Source: a virus. Taken from it: a stretch of 64,000 nucleotides of DNA. Shown in pieces: positions 44,785 to 54,576 of the stretch; the first letter of the stretch is position 1; every line of letters begins with the position of its first letter. The DNA is taken from the IMG/VR virus record IMGVR_UViG_3300013772_000002, positions 40,817-104,816 of that record; one strand, given 5' to 3'. The notes under the pieces were generated by a model. The model ran no database searches and was not told the origin of the DNA. It saw only the letters and a list, made by a program, of their open reading frames with translations. Made by a program: the position numbers and the translations under genes.

Positions 44785-45681
44785 ATGCCCGAGACGGTCT
44801 ACTACAAAGATTTCCGTCCCGACGAACTCGAAGAGAGCTTCTCCTTCGGGATGCCAATCTCGAAGAGCGAGATGTGCGAGCACACGGGGTTGCGCTATAT
44901 CGAGGGGATTGCCTCTACCGAGGATTGGGACCAGCAGGACGAGCAGATGCTCGCTTCCGGCATGGACCTCGATTACCTCATCAATAAGGGTACGATCAAC
45001 TGGAACCACTCGCACGCCGCCGCCGATCTGATCGGCATCCCCGAGAAGGTTCAGATCAAGATTTGGGAAGGCAAGCCCGCCCTCTGGGTACGCGCCGCCC
45101 TCCTCCCCAATGTCGCGAATGCCGATTACGCCTGGACTCTGATGAATGCCTACGACTCGGTCAAATCGATGGGTGGTCCCATCCGCACCGTCGGTTGGTC
45201 AGTCGAGGGAGGCGTCCTCCGCAAGGAGAACGGACGCATCACCAAGAGCGTAATTCGCAACCTCGCCCTCACCCAGGAGCCGGTCAACGACAAGACCTTC
45301 GCCGACTTCGCCAAGTCGCTCAATCACAACGCGATCGCGAAGACCTTCTCCTCCGGCGGTTCGGTCAATCCAACCTTCGCTGGCGCGGATGACGCGGGTG
45401 CGGCTCTCCGGTTGGAGAACCTTTCCGCCGGTCGTCGCGACGAAGAGGACGAGGACGAGGAACGTAAGAACGGTACCTATAACGCCTCTCTGGTTGGTAT
45501 CGGCGAACTGCGCCGCTCCCTCGCCGCCAGCGGCTCTCCCCACTACGACGCGCGCACCGGGCGCTTCGTGAACGGATTTGACGGGATGTTCAAGCATCTC
45601 ACCCAGATCGATCTAATGCCGTTCGGTGCAGCGGCGGAATTGGTCAGTTGGCTGCGGGCGCAAAGCCTGCCCGCCGCGTAA
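44785..45681 (+). CDS. Prohead (capsid maturation) protease
   Basis: IEGIASTEDWDQQDE, INWNH, GWSVEG (catalytic Ser), LALTQEPVN; lies upstream of scaffold and MCP. Confidence 0.9.
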   Translation: MPETVYYKDFRPDELEESFSFGMPISKSEMCEHTGLRYIEGIASTEDWDQQDEQMLASGMDLDYLINKGTINWNHSHAAADLIGIPEKVQIKIWEGKPALWVRAALLPNVANADYAWTLMNAYDSVKSMGGPIRTVGWSVEGGVLRKENGRITKSVIRNLALTQEPVNDKTFADFAKSLNHNAIAKTFSSGGSVNPTFAGADDAGAALRLENLSAGRRDEEDEDEERKNGTYNASLVGIGELRRSLAASGSPHYDARTGRFVNGFDGMFKHLTQIDLMPFGAAAELVSWLRAQSLPAA

Positions 45682-45698
45682 TCGGAGGCGACACTTCC

Positions 45699-46652
45699 AT
45701 GGACTACACTGAGTACAACAAGCTCAACGAAGAGGCAAAGCCCTACTTCCTCAAGGCGTATGGTTTCACCGACGAGGAAATTCCCGGCGCGATGGCACTA
45801 CTCGCGAAGGGTCTTCAGGTGACGGCACAGCCGACCGCGGCCGCTGCCGCGACAGGCTTCAACGAGCACCCTGACAAAGCAAGCGTTGAGAAAGTCAAGG
45901 GGCGCGAAGGCGCCGAGACCGTTCCCGCGAGCAAGTACAACAAGAGCGATGCCGCGATGCTGGACGATGAGGAGCGGGAAGACGACGACGAAGATGGCGA
46001 CGGCATTCCTGATGACGAGGAGTACCCGCCCAAGGGCGCGATGAAGGCCAAGAAGAGCCAGACGCCCGACTTCGGTACCGAGGACTTTGCCGACGACTGG
46101 ATGGACACACTCGCCAAGAGCGCGGGTCCGCAGGTCGCGCCGCAGTTCGACGCCTCGGTTGTTCTCCAGTCGCTGCGCGACACAATCGCCGACATGTACG
46201 GTGAACTCGCCTTCGGCCTCCAGGAGATGCGCAAGTCGCTCGACACGGTCGATGCTCGCACGAAGAACATCTCCAAGCGGCAGACGGTCTCCAACAACAA
46301 GCTGGTTGACCACATCACGAAGACGATCGGCGAGATTCCCGGTCAGATCGAGACCTTGCAAAAGAGCATGGCCGCAGTCGCCGAATCCCCCGTCGCCCCG
46401 GTTTCCACGGGCGTCGTCCATCGCATCGAGAGCCATAACGGCGATGCGTCGAAGGGTGTCTACGTTCGGACGGGCAACTTCGACGCCGACCATGCAAAGA
46501 TCAGCGCCTCGCTCGAGAAGAGTCTTCAGATGACGACCGGCCCCGACGAGGTCGAAATCCAGAACGTGATGATCAAGATGCCGCGCGTCAAGAATTACGA
46601 CGAACTTGACTGGCTGACGGCGAGCGTCAAGCCCGAGTATCTCAGCCGCTAA
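45699..46652 (+). CDS. Scaffolding protein
   Basis: Acidic and coiled-coil, between protease and MCP, with many KS/KA/KT sites (FLKA, YNKS, LAKS, MRKS, ITKT, LQKS, LEKS). Confidence 0.75.
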   Translation: MDYTEYNKLNEEAKPYFLKAYGFTDEEIPGAMALLAKGLQVTAQPTAAAAATGFNEHPDKASVEKVKGREGAETVPASKYNKSDAAMLDDEEREDDDEDGDGIPDDEEYPPKGAMKAKKSQTPDFGTEDFADDWMDTLAKSAGPQVAPQFDASVVLQSLRDTIADMYGELAFGLQEMRKSLDTVDARTKNISKRQTVSNNKLVDHITKTIGEIPGQIETLQKSMAAVAESPVAPVSTGVVHRIESHNGDASKGVYVRTGNFDADHAKISASLEKSLQMTTGPDEVEIQNVMIKMPRVKNYDELDWLTASVKPEYLSR

Positions 46653-46791
46653 TCCCCCCGCCCCTACCGCGGACTCCCCATCCGCTTCCCCTTCCGGCGG
46701 GTGCCCCTCACCCGCCCCCCTCGATCCCCCTTGACGGCGCCTCGCGCCCCTCGATGACCCCACAGGCATGTTTCCCAGGAGGACCCCTTCC

Positions 46792-48300
46792 ATGCTGACT
46801 CAGGAACGCAAGCAACTCGTCAAGAGCTTTTATCAGCTCGGGCGCGAGGCGATCGGCCAAGACTTCCGACCCAATGAGATGGTGAATGAGTTCGCCAAGA
46901 CGTTCTCGTCCGGCGGCTCGGTTAATCCGACGCTTGCGGGCGCCGGTGACGCGGGTGCGGCTCTCCGTTTGGAGAACCTCGACCCGATTATGACGACCGT
47001 CCTCTATGACGAGTCGGACATCAAGATTTTCCCTTGGATCGAGCGCGAAGTCTCGACGCAAGCGATGTTCATGTATAACAAGCGACTCAGTTACGGCGGC
47101 GGCGGTCGCGGTAAGGCCGGTTTCGCCGAAGGCAACACGCCTGTCGGTGGAACCGCGACGTACGAGCGCGATATCGCCCAGATTCGCTACATGGGCACCC
47201 GGCGCGGAACGACCCACCAGTTCACCACGATGAGTGAGGCGGGCGGCACACAGCTCGACATCATCGACGAGGAGAACCGGAACGGCACGATGGCACTGAT
47301 GGAGATGATCGAGCGCGCGACCCTCTGGGGCGACGCCCGCATTCTCGATGACAGCGGCACCGTCGTGCATTACGACGGCGTGATTCGCCAGCTTTTGGCC
47401 AGTCCGTTCGCGGTCTCAAACGTCCTCGACTTGCGCGACTCGATCAACCCGGACGTCTTCAACTTCATCGGTACGCAACTCCGCCAGGAAGGCAAGCTGC
47501 ATTCGAGCGGCTTCGCCAAGATGTGCGCGTTCATGCCGCCAACCAGCAAGGCAACGCTCTCGCAGGAGCTCTACTCGACGCAGCGCGTCGTTGTGCAGCA
47601 AACCAGCGGAACGGCGAATCCGAACCCCTACAGCCAGCTCGGCACGATGATCGACGGGATGACGACCAACTTCGGCTACCTGCGCTTCGAGGACTCCATC
47701 CTCATGGAGCGGGTCGATACGTCCCTGCCGGTCAATAGCTTCTCCGCTTCCGGTGACGCGGGCGCTCCGGTCGCACCAGCATCGGCGACAGCAACGGCGG
47801 CGGCTGTTGCCGGCGGACGCGTCTCCAAGTTTGCCAAGGCGCTTACCGCCACCTACTGGGTCTCGGCCTTCAATAACTACGGCGAGTCTTTGTCGGTTGC
47901 CAGCGCGGCGACGGTGATCGCGGGCGCCAACGCCCAAGAAGTCAACATCGTCATGCCCGCGACGGTCGGCGCGTGGGGCTATCGCATCTATCGTTCCGAC
48001 ACGGACGGGTTGGCGACAAGTGCCGGGATCATCGACGAGATTCCCGCCGCGCTTTCCGGTAACACGACCTTCCACGACGATAACGTGTGGCTGCCGAATA
48101 CGGATACAATCGTCATGATCGAGCGCGACAAGCGCGACCTCTCGATCGTCCAGCTGATGCCGCTGATCAAGTTCCCCCTCGCCGTGGTCTCGACCAAGCA
48201 GGAATTCCTCCTGATGCTCTACCACACGGTCCTTCTCAAGGCGGCGCAGCGCATGTTCATGATCAAAAACGTCACCCGACCGACGTTGACCACGTACTAA
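46792..48300 (+). CDS. Major capsid protein precursor
   Basis: FAK|TFSS..GAALRLENLD, TLWGD..HYDG, Ig-like insertion YWVSAFNNYGES..YRIYRS, QLMPLIKFPLA: SPO1/A511-type MCP. Confidence 0.93.
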   Translation: MLTQERKQLVKSFYQLGREAIGQDFRPNEMVNEFAKTFSSGGSVNPTLAGAGDAGAALRLENLDPIMTTVLYDESDIKIFPWIEREVSTQAMFMYNKRLSYGGGGRGKAGFAEGNTPVGGTATYERDIAQIRYMGTRRGTTHQFTTMSEAGGTQLDIIDEENRNGTMALMEMIERATLWGDARILDDSGTVVHYDGVIRQLLASPFAVSNVLDLRDSINPDVFNFIGTQLRQEGKLHSSGFAKMCAFMPPTSKATLSQELYSTQRVVVQQTSGTANPNPYSQLGTMIDGMTTNFGYLRFEDSILMERVDTSLPVNSFSASGDAGAPVAPASATATAAAVAGGRVSKFAKALTATYWVSAFNNYGESLSVASAATVIAGANAQEVNIVMPATVGAWGYRIYRSDTDGLATSAGIIDEIPAALSGNTTFHDDNVWLPNTDTIVMIERDKRDLSIVQLMPLIKFPLAVVSTKQEFLLMLYHTVLLKAAQRMFMIKNVTRPTLTTY

Positions 48301-48327
48301 CCCGCGCTCCCCTTATTGTGACATGTC

Positions 48328-48356
48328 GGGGGAGCTCCGGCTCCCCCATTTCTTTT
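48328..48356 (+). terminator. Rho-independent terminator after MCP
   Basis: GGGGGAGC-TCCG-GCTCCCCC-ATTTCTTTT. Confidence 0.8.
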
Positions 48357-48376
48357 CTCTCGGAGGACACACACCA

Positions 48377-49375
48377 ATGAATGAGTACGTGAACGAACCG
48401 ATGGGCAACCCCGTAGATGCGCATGTGAACGAACCCCTCCATGCTCCCGTTGCTTCGCACGCGGACGGGCGAGTCGTCAATGGGCACGTCGCGGACGGCG
48501 ACCCGTACGAGCGGATGAACGGCCCGATGCCGGTGCGCGTCAATGCGGCGAGCATCCCTCATCCTCATGACCCAGCAGACCATCGCGAAGATCGCGTGGA
48601 CGTCGATCACGACGGTCTGGGGCCGATCGTTGTCGAACGATTTACCGTTCGTGCCGCCGAAGCCGCTCTCTTCGGACGCACGGTCACCTTCGTTGCTCTC
48701 GACAACAAGGAAGACACCTTCGTCGTTGAATTCGACGCGACGGGGAATGGCACGATTGATGGCGATGCGACGATCTGCGCCGCCGATGCTGCGGTGATTG
48801 TCGGGAACGATCCCACACACACCATGTACGTCGCCACGGCGCTCGTCAGCACGCCATTCATGGCAAGCCTGCCCACGGCACTCGCCAGTCTAGTCAACAA
48901 CCCGACCGACTACTCTCACGTTGGCACGTCCGACCACCCGACCGATGACCCGACCGGAGACAATCACGTCGATCCAACCCACTATCTGAAGGTGGATACG
49001 ACGAATCATGCAACGGCTTACGTCGGGCAAGATGCAGTTGACGACCCGAACCGCGAAGTGATGGATGACTCAGACGACCATCCGTACCGCGAAGGAATTG
49101 ATGACCCGGACAACCGTCCAAATCATTTCCCGCTCCTCGGCAAGCACGAAGATCGCGCAGACCATGTAACGGATCGTCACGCGGATTACTCTGCGGATCG
49201 TCGTCCAGATTACCCGGCGGATCGTTCAACGGCTCGTCTTGCAGACTACCCGGTAAATCACTCAGCGGACGACTCGACTGACGATTCGCTCTTTGACCAA
49301 ATCGACGAACCAGTCGATGCCCCGGCTCCCATGCCGGTACGTGCGAATCGCGCGCCCAGGTTGGAACAGGAATAA
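48377..49375 (+). CDS. hypothetical Asp/His/Pro-rich protein sharing a domain with the next gene
   Basis: GGAGG RBS; central FVAL..EDTFVVEFD.TG.G.IDGD domain; short D-R/D-Y repeats. Confidence 0.7.
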   Translation: MNEYVNEPMGNPVDAHVNEPLHAPVASHADGRVVNGHVADGDPYERMNGPMPVRVNAASIPHPHDPADHREDRVDVDHDGLGPIVVERFTVRAAEAALFGRTVTFVALDNKEDTFVVEFDATGNGTIDGDATICAADAAVIVGNDPTHTMYVATALVSTPFMASLPTALASLVNNPTDYSHVGTSDHPTDDPTGDNHVDPTHYLKVDTTNHATAYVGQDAVDDPNREVMDDSDDHPYREGIDDPDNRPNHFPLLGKHEDRADHVTDRHADYSADRRPDYPADRSTARLADYPVNHSADDSTDDSLFDQIDEPVDAPAPMPVRANRAPRLEQE

Positions 49376-49428
49376 CTTCCTAATCTCAGCCGACATCGCA
49401 CATCTTCAATCATCAAAGGATAAGTTCG

Positions 49429-49782
49429 ATGACTGAACGTTTCACCGTTCATACCCACCAGTCCAATCTCTATGGTCGGGCGCTCAATTTCGTGGCGCTC
49501 GGTGACGACGAAGATACCTTCGTCGTCGAGTTTGACTGGACGGGAGTCGGTTCGATCGACGGTGACACGGAGATCACGGACGGTGACGCTCGGGTGATCG
49601 CCGCAAACGACCCCGGACGCACCATGTTCATCACTACGCCGATCTCCGATCCAATCCCCGATCCGGTCGTTGTGGAAGGGGAACCTGCGGAAACCCTAGA
49701 ACCCACACCGCCCCCAACAATCGTACCGCCACCCGCTCCACGCGGAAAGCCAGGACCGAAGCCCAAAGTAAAGGGAGCGTAA
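49429..49782 (+). CDS. hypothetical protein, paralog of the 48377 domain
   Basis: FVALGDDEDTFVVEFDWTGVGSIDGD; Pro/Lys-rich tail. Confidence 0.75.
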   Translation: MTERFTVHTHQSNLYGRALNFVALGDDEDTFVVEFDWTGVGSIDGDTEITDGDARVIAANDPGRTMFITTPISDPIPDPVVVEGEPAETLEPTPPPTIVPPPAPRGKPGPKPKVKGA

Positions 49783-49785
49783 CCG

Positions 49786-50169
49786 ATGAGCGTCCCCGGC
49801 TATCCACACGTCTTTAGCAAGAAAGAGCATCGCGGCACCCTGCATGGTCAGAACCGCTTCTACACGGCGGTTGAAACCGAGAAGTCCGTGATCGTTGCCA
49901 CCGAGCTTACCGATCCCGGCGAGCGTGTCGATATCTTTGGCCTGACAACGGTGACGATCGTCGTGAACAAGGTCACCGGCGGTGGAACCCTCAGCCTTGC
50001 CGTCAAGGGGTCGATCGATCCAAACGCCAGTAGCGCGCTTGCTTTCTCCACCCCCCTCGCCTTTACGGCGAGCGGCATCTATACCTTTACCGTCAATGTC
50101 CCCTATCTCTGGATCGGCGGCACGAATACCGGCACCGCCGTCGAATATCAACTCTACGCGACCCGATAG
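49786..50169 (+). CDS. hypothetical beta-rich virion protein
   Basis: 127-aa ORF with a GGGAG RBS in the structural operon. Confidence 0.65.
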   Translation: MSVPGYPHVFSKKEHRGTLHGQNRFYTAVETEKSVIVATELTDPGERVDIFGLTTVTIVVNKVTGGGTLSLAVKGSIDPNASSALAFSTPLAFTASGIYTFTVNVPYLWIGGTNTGTAVEYQLYATR

Positions 50170-50180
50170 GCGGTAACGCC

Positions 50181-50819
50181 ATGCTGATCGATCCGAGCTA
50201 CTACGTCGAGGACGCGATTCGGGGCACGTTGGCACTGATTCGCGCTGACCAGAACTATCTCCTAGAAATCTTCAGCGGTAATCCACCCCGCGTGATCGAG
50301 CAGATCACCCGCTTCATTCCCACATGGAATCCCTCCGACATCGGTCCGACCTATGCTCGAGAGGAAAGAGAACTTCCCTGCATCTCCATCCTGTCGGGCG
50401 ATGGCGGCAATGTTGACCACTACGTCGGTAACTCGCTCGGGTACTGGTACGACGAAAACAATCTGACCATTGCCGAAGAGGTTGGACCACGCGACCGGGC
50501 GAGTTGCGAGATTGTGATCTTTGCCGGCTCCGACAGCCACTTACGCATTCTCCTCGCACTCGTTCGTGGCGCACTGGAATACCACCGTGCCGACTTTGAC
50601 GAACTGGGTCTCAACGAGATGGAAGTGAACTATACCCACGCGGAACCCGACGAGCAGTCGCTTGCGTGGCCGGCGATGCGGGTGACCGTCAATGTTGAGT
50701 GGACGTGTTTCGCTTCCGTTGCTCTCCGTTACGGCAATGCCCCCAATGAGTTTCTCGTCTCCCTGAACGAGACCGGAGCATTCCCGACTACCACCGAACC
50801 ACACTTCCGCTATCCATAA
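50181..50819 (+). CDS. putative tail terminator/completion protein
   Basis: Position before the sheath; YAREERELPCISI pattern. Confidence 0.55.
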   Translation: MLIDPSYYVEDAIRGTLALIRADQNYLLEIFSGNPPRVIEQITRFIPTWNPSDIGPTYAREERELPCISILSGDGGNVDHYVGNSLGYWYDENNLTIAEEVGPRDRASCEIVIFAGSDSHLRILLALVRGALEYHRADFDELGLNEMEVNYTHAEPDEQSLAWPAMRVTVNVEWTCFASVALRYGNAPNEFLVSLNETGAFPTTTEPHFRYP

Positions 50820-50835
50820 GAAAGGGGCGCCTCAC

Positions 50836-51336
50836 GTGCCTGAACCCGAAACCAAAACGCGCACAACCACACGCAAGGGTCAGACGAAAATTCGTTTCGA
50901 GGCGCTCGAAGCGATGGACGATTACGAAGAGGTGCGTCAAAAACTCGGTTTTGATCTTCCGATTTTGCCGATAAATGGAGACGTTCGCCGTTGTCGCCAC
51001 CCGGACCCCGAGGAATGGGATGCCAAACGCCTTGAGGCAACAGAACGCGGCAAAGAAGAAACGGCACTAATGCGCTATTTCTCCCCCGATACGACTAAGG
51101 AGCAAGACGTGTCCGACTCGAAAGACGATGAAAAAGATGACGAGGAAGCACCCTTCGACCCTGTTGAGTCGCTCGGTATTTTCTGTGCCAATCTCGACAT
51201 TACCAAACAGCATAACCCCCATACGGTCATGCAGTTCTACTCGCGCATGCTCAACCGGGCAAAGTTGACCGTTGGGCGGCGTAGCGAATTCCAGTCCCAC
51301 TGGGAACAATTCAACCATGTAGATCGACCCGCCTAA
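50836..51336 (+). CDS. hypothetical protein
   Basis: ORF directly upstream of the sheath gene. Confidence 0.6.
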   Translation: MPEPETKTRTTTRKGQTKIRFEALEAMDDYEEVRQKLGFDLPILPINGDVRRCRHPDPEEWDAKRLEATERGKEETALMRYFSPDTTKEQDVSDSKDDEKDDEEAPFDPVESLGIFCANLDITKQHNPHTVMQFYSRMLNRAKLTVGRRSEFQSHWEQFNHVDRPA

Positions 51337-51360
51337 TAGGCGCGTCGGGAGGACCCCCTA

Positions 51361-53484
51361 ATGCCTGGATTCTTCGATAAGCAGTTCTACGGGCAGACGC
51401 TCGTCAACCCGGGCGTTTACATTAAGCGCAACGAGCAGGGCGGCCTCCTCCCGCCGGACCCGAACGAGCTGATCCCGCTGATTATTGGTGACTCTCTCGG
51501 TGGCGCGCCCGGCATTATCCATGAGTTCAGGAGTGCCTCTCAGGCATCAGCAGTCCTGCGGGGTGGCGACCTCTTGACCGCCGTTCTTGCCGCCTTCCAA
51601 CCACGCACCACCGGACCCGGTCCGGATACCATTCTGGCGATCCGCATCGGTGATGGTGTCGATGCGCCTACCCAAGCAGCACACACCTTCAACGACAGTG
51701 GAACCAATCCGGTCCTGATCGTGAAGAGCATTGACTATGGCCAATACACGAATGGCATGGCGTTGGCGATCGAGTCCTCTGCTGTTGCGAACGCCGGTTA
51801 TAAGATCATCCTTTCCCAGGACGGTACGGCGGCAGGCAAGCGCTTCGCGAACCCGAAAGACCCGGTTGGGCGACAGGGCATCAAGGTACGCTATCTCGGC
51901 TCCGGCACTACCTGTGCCGTGACGATCACGCGCACTCACCTGACGACCACCTGCACGGGCGCATCGGGAGACAACCTCAATATCGATCTGACGGCGACGG
52001 CAACAAATACGCTCGACAAACTCGTCAGCATCATCAATGGAACAGGCGGTGGTACGAAGTACGCTGCGGACGTCGTTGATGTCGCACCAAACCGTCCGTC
52101 GAATCAGCAAGACCTCCTCTCCGCTATCGACATCTTCTCGTCGATGACGGTCAGTTACACGGGCGCGGGACTCTCTTCGACTCTCTCGGTAACGATCGGC
52201 GCGTCGGATACGACGTTGACGACAACCGCCGGCACCGTCACTGCCGATCAACTTTCGATTGCCTTCTCGGGTTTGCGCACGATCCAAGACCTCGCCGCGG
52301 CAATCGCCGGGACGGCGACCAATGTCGTGGGATCGGGCATCCTCACCTATACCGGCGCGAAATACACTGTCGTGCTTCAGACGTCCTTCAAGGACCTGCC
52401 GGTCGCGAACGTTCCCGCAACGACAACGCCGATCAACATCCTCACTGGCGGCAAGTTGCCCGCCTTCTTCCAGACCACCCAGCACCTCCAGGCAGTCGTT
52501 GACTTCCTCAACGTCCAGCTCTCGGCCTACGTGACGGCATCGCTCGTCGCTGACGCCGGTGGCGTGACGGTCGGCGCTCTCCGCCTCGCCACGGTTCCCA
52601 CTACATACCTGACGGGTGGGGCAAACGCGACAGTCAATGGTCCCTCATGGGCCGCGGGGCTAACACTGGCCGAGGTTGCCCATTGCCAGATCGTAGTGCT
52701 CCTTTCTCCCGATATCGACGACCATATGGCCCTCAAGGCGCACTGCGCGCTGATGAGTTCACCAAAGAGACGTCGCGAGCGCGTCGGTATCTGCGGAGGG
52801 GCGGCGGGCGAGTCCTTGCAAGAAGCTATCGACCGGGCATATGCTCTCGGAATCAACTTCGACGGTGACTATATCCAGCTCGTCTGGCCGGGCGTTATCC
52901 GCGTCGACCCGATCACCGAGACGAAGGTTTCTTACGCGCCGTGGATGTTCGCGGCGATGAAGGCGGGTCTTTCCGCCGCCCTTGGCGCGGGTCGCAGCTC
53001 AACGAACAAAATTCTTGACATCATCGGTCTGGAGACCGACGTCAGCCAGGACGACCTGGAGCTGTTGATTGATGGCGGCGTTTGCGCGGTCGTTAAACTC
53101 GACAGTGGCGTGCGCAAGGGATTCATCGTTGCCAAGGATATCATGACCTATCAGGAGGATGCGAACTTCATCAAGTCCTTCTTTATGACACGAATGAATG
53201 CCCTCATCTCCGCGCGACGAGTACGCGAATCACTGGAACCATTGGTTGGCGAGCCAAATAACAAGAGTCTCGAGCAACGCGCCGCAGTGATCGTCAGGAC
53301 CGAACTCAATCACCAGGTGGACGACGAGATTCTCGTCGCTTCCGGTAGTGATGGCGGTTGGGCAAACCTTATCGTCAACCAGACAGCCGATACGATCACA
53401 ATTGAGTACAACGCTCGATTGACGACTGAGGCGGACTTCTTCCTCATCACCGCGAACTTCACGGTCATCGGCGGCGCCGTCTAA
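51361..53484 (+). CDS. Contractile tail sheath protein
   Basis: PGVY, IIGDSLGGAP, VLRGGDLL, SIDYG, LTGG, and a C-terminal sheath domain (LLIDGGVCAV..DIMTY..FFLIT). Confidence 0.92.
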   Translation: MPGFFDKQFYGQTLVNPGVYIKRNEQGGLLPPDPNELIPLIIGDSLGGAPGIIHEFRSASQASAVLRGGDLLTAVLAAFQPRTTGPGPDTILAIRIGDGVDAPTQAAHTFNDSGTNPVLIVKSIDYGQYTNGMALAIESSAVANAGYKIILSQDGTAAGKRFANPKDPVGRQGIKVRYLGSGTTCAVTITRTHLTTTCTGASGDNLNIDLTATATNTLDKLVSIINGTGGGTKYAADVVDVAPNRPSNQQDLLSAIDIFSSMTVSYTGAGLSSTLSVTIGASDTTLTTTAGTVTADQLSIAFSGLRTIQDLAAAIAGTATNVVGSGILTYTGAKYTVVLQTSFKDLPVANVPATTTPINILTGGKLPAFFQTTQHLQAVVDFLNVQLSAYVTASLVADAGGVTVGALRLATVPTTYLTGGANATVNGPSWAAGLTLAEVAHCQIVVLLSPDIDDHMALKAHCALMSSPKRRRERVGICGGAAGESLQEAIDRAYALGINFDGDYIQLVWPGVIRVDPITETKVSYAPWMFAAMKAGLSAALGAGRSSTNKILDIIGLETDVSQDDLELLIDGGVCAVVKLDSGVRKGFIVAKDIMTYQEDANFIKSFFMTRMNALISARRVRESLEPLVGEPNNKSLEQRAAVIVRTELNHQVDDEILVASGSDGGWANLIVNQTADTITIEYNARLTTEADFFLITANFTVIGGAV

Positions 53485-53538
53485 GTGTCGCTTCGACCGC
53501 CCCTCGCTTCCCCGCGTACCGGGGAGGAGTAGACCCTC

Positions 53539-54048
53539 ATGGCAAATGTACGACAAAACCGCCAGACCTATGTGGCCAACCGGATGGACGTCCAGTTCGC
53601 GGACTCTCAAGGCGGTGCCGTCGGCGCCGTTCAGAACGCGAACGTTTCGATGTCCTTCGGTCTGGATGGCGTTTCCGGCATCGGCGCGGTAACGATGATC
53701 GAATATGTCCCGACCGTCGCGCGTATCAGCGTTTCGACCGATCAGGTCTATCTCTTCGGACGGGAACTCGATCGCGTCAGCGCCGGAGGCTTTGGCGGTC
53801 AAACGGGCATTCTGCCGCACCAAGCGGAAGAGAGCCTCAATGGCGTGGTCTTCAATATCTCCGCCGCGGTCCTCAAAACAGACAAGGACACGAATGGGCA
53901 AGCATACACGACTCTCTGGCAAGCCGTTGATTGCTTCCTCGACTCAGGAGACTTCTCCACGGCGAAGCATGGCACGGTCGGTCGGCGCTGCCAATTCATG
54001 GCACTCAACTATGCGGTCGGTTCCGCGTTCTCTAAGGGCGCTGCGTAG
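53539..54048 (+). CDS. Tail tube protein
   Basis: Follows the sheath; QTYVANR..VGAVQN..SFGLDGVSGIG..EYVP resembles the Twort/SPO1-like tube. Confidence 0.85.
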   Translation: MANVRQNRQTYVANRMDVQFADSQGGAVGAVQNANVSMSFGLDGVSGIGAVTMIEYVPTVARISVSTDQVYLFGRELDRVSAGGFGGQTGILPHQAEESLNGVVFNISAAVLKTDKDTNGQAYTTLWQAVDCFLDSGDFSTAKHGTVGRRCQFMALNYAVGSAFSKGAA

Positions 54049-54102
54049 GCTTCGCTCTTTCTTGCTCACGCCGCCCAGTAGGCGGGAAAGGTAGGCCATC
54101 AC

Positions 54103-54576
54103 GTGGCCGAAGTAAACGAACCGAAGAAGGAAGGCGGCAAGCCCGACATCAGGGCTGGCGCGAAGATAGATACCAAAGTCGATGTCGCCGTCGCCGCAGT
54201 AAATCCCTTCCTCCCCACCGTCGATCCCGCCGAAAAGAACTGGGAGTTCATCACGCTCCGTACGCCGCTCGTCCCGGGCGGCGTGCTTCGTATCGAACGT
54301 CCCGGATTCGCGGCGGAAACAACCCTGCGTTACGACCTCCGACAGATCGCGCGCCGTCAGAATGTCAATCCCGAGGACATGGACGGCAATACCTACGATA
54401 CCTATTACGTCGCCGCGCTCTGTGCGAAACACGCGACCGAGCCTGCAGAATTCGACTATCTCTCCCTGAACCCGAAGAGTCGTAAGCAAATGGAAGGCTT
54501 ACAGCGCGTCCAGTTGGAGGTACTCCTATGGATGTCCTTCTTTCGGGACGACGAGGTTGACGAAGGAGTCTCCTGA
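54103..54576 (+). CDS. Tail assembly chaperone
   Basis: Between tube and tape measure; ends WMSFFR, with a TTT-CGG candidate slip site. Confidence 0.7.
   Translation: MAEVNEPKKEGGKPDIRAGAKIDTKVDVAVAAVNPFLPTVDPAEKNWEFITLRTPLVPGGVLRIERPGFAAETTLRYDLRQIARRQNVNPEDMDGNTYDTYYVAALCAKHATEPAEFDYLSLNPKSRKQMEGLQRVQLEVLLWMSFFRDDEVDEGVS

Noticed and set aside
45337-46980. Protease/MCP repeat as a diversity-generating retroelement TR/VR pair
   Set aside because: The differences are mostly synonymous and not adenine-specific, and no reverse transcriptase is present.
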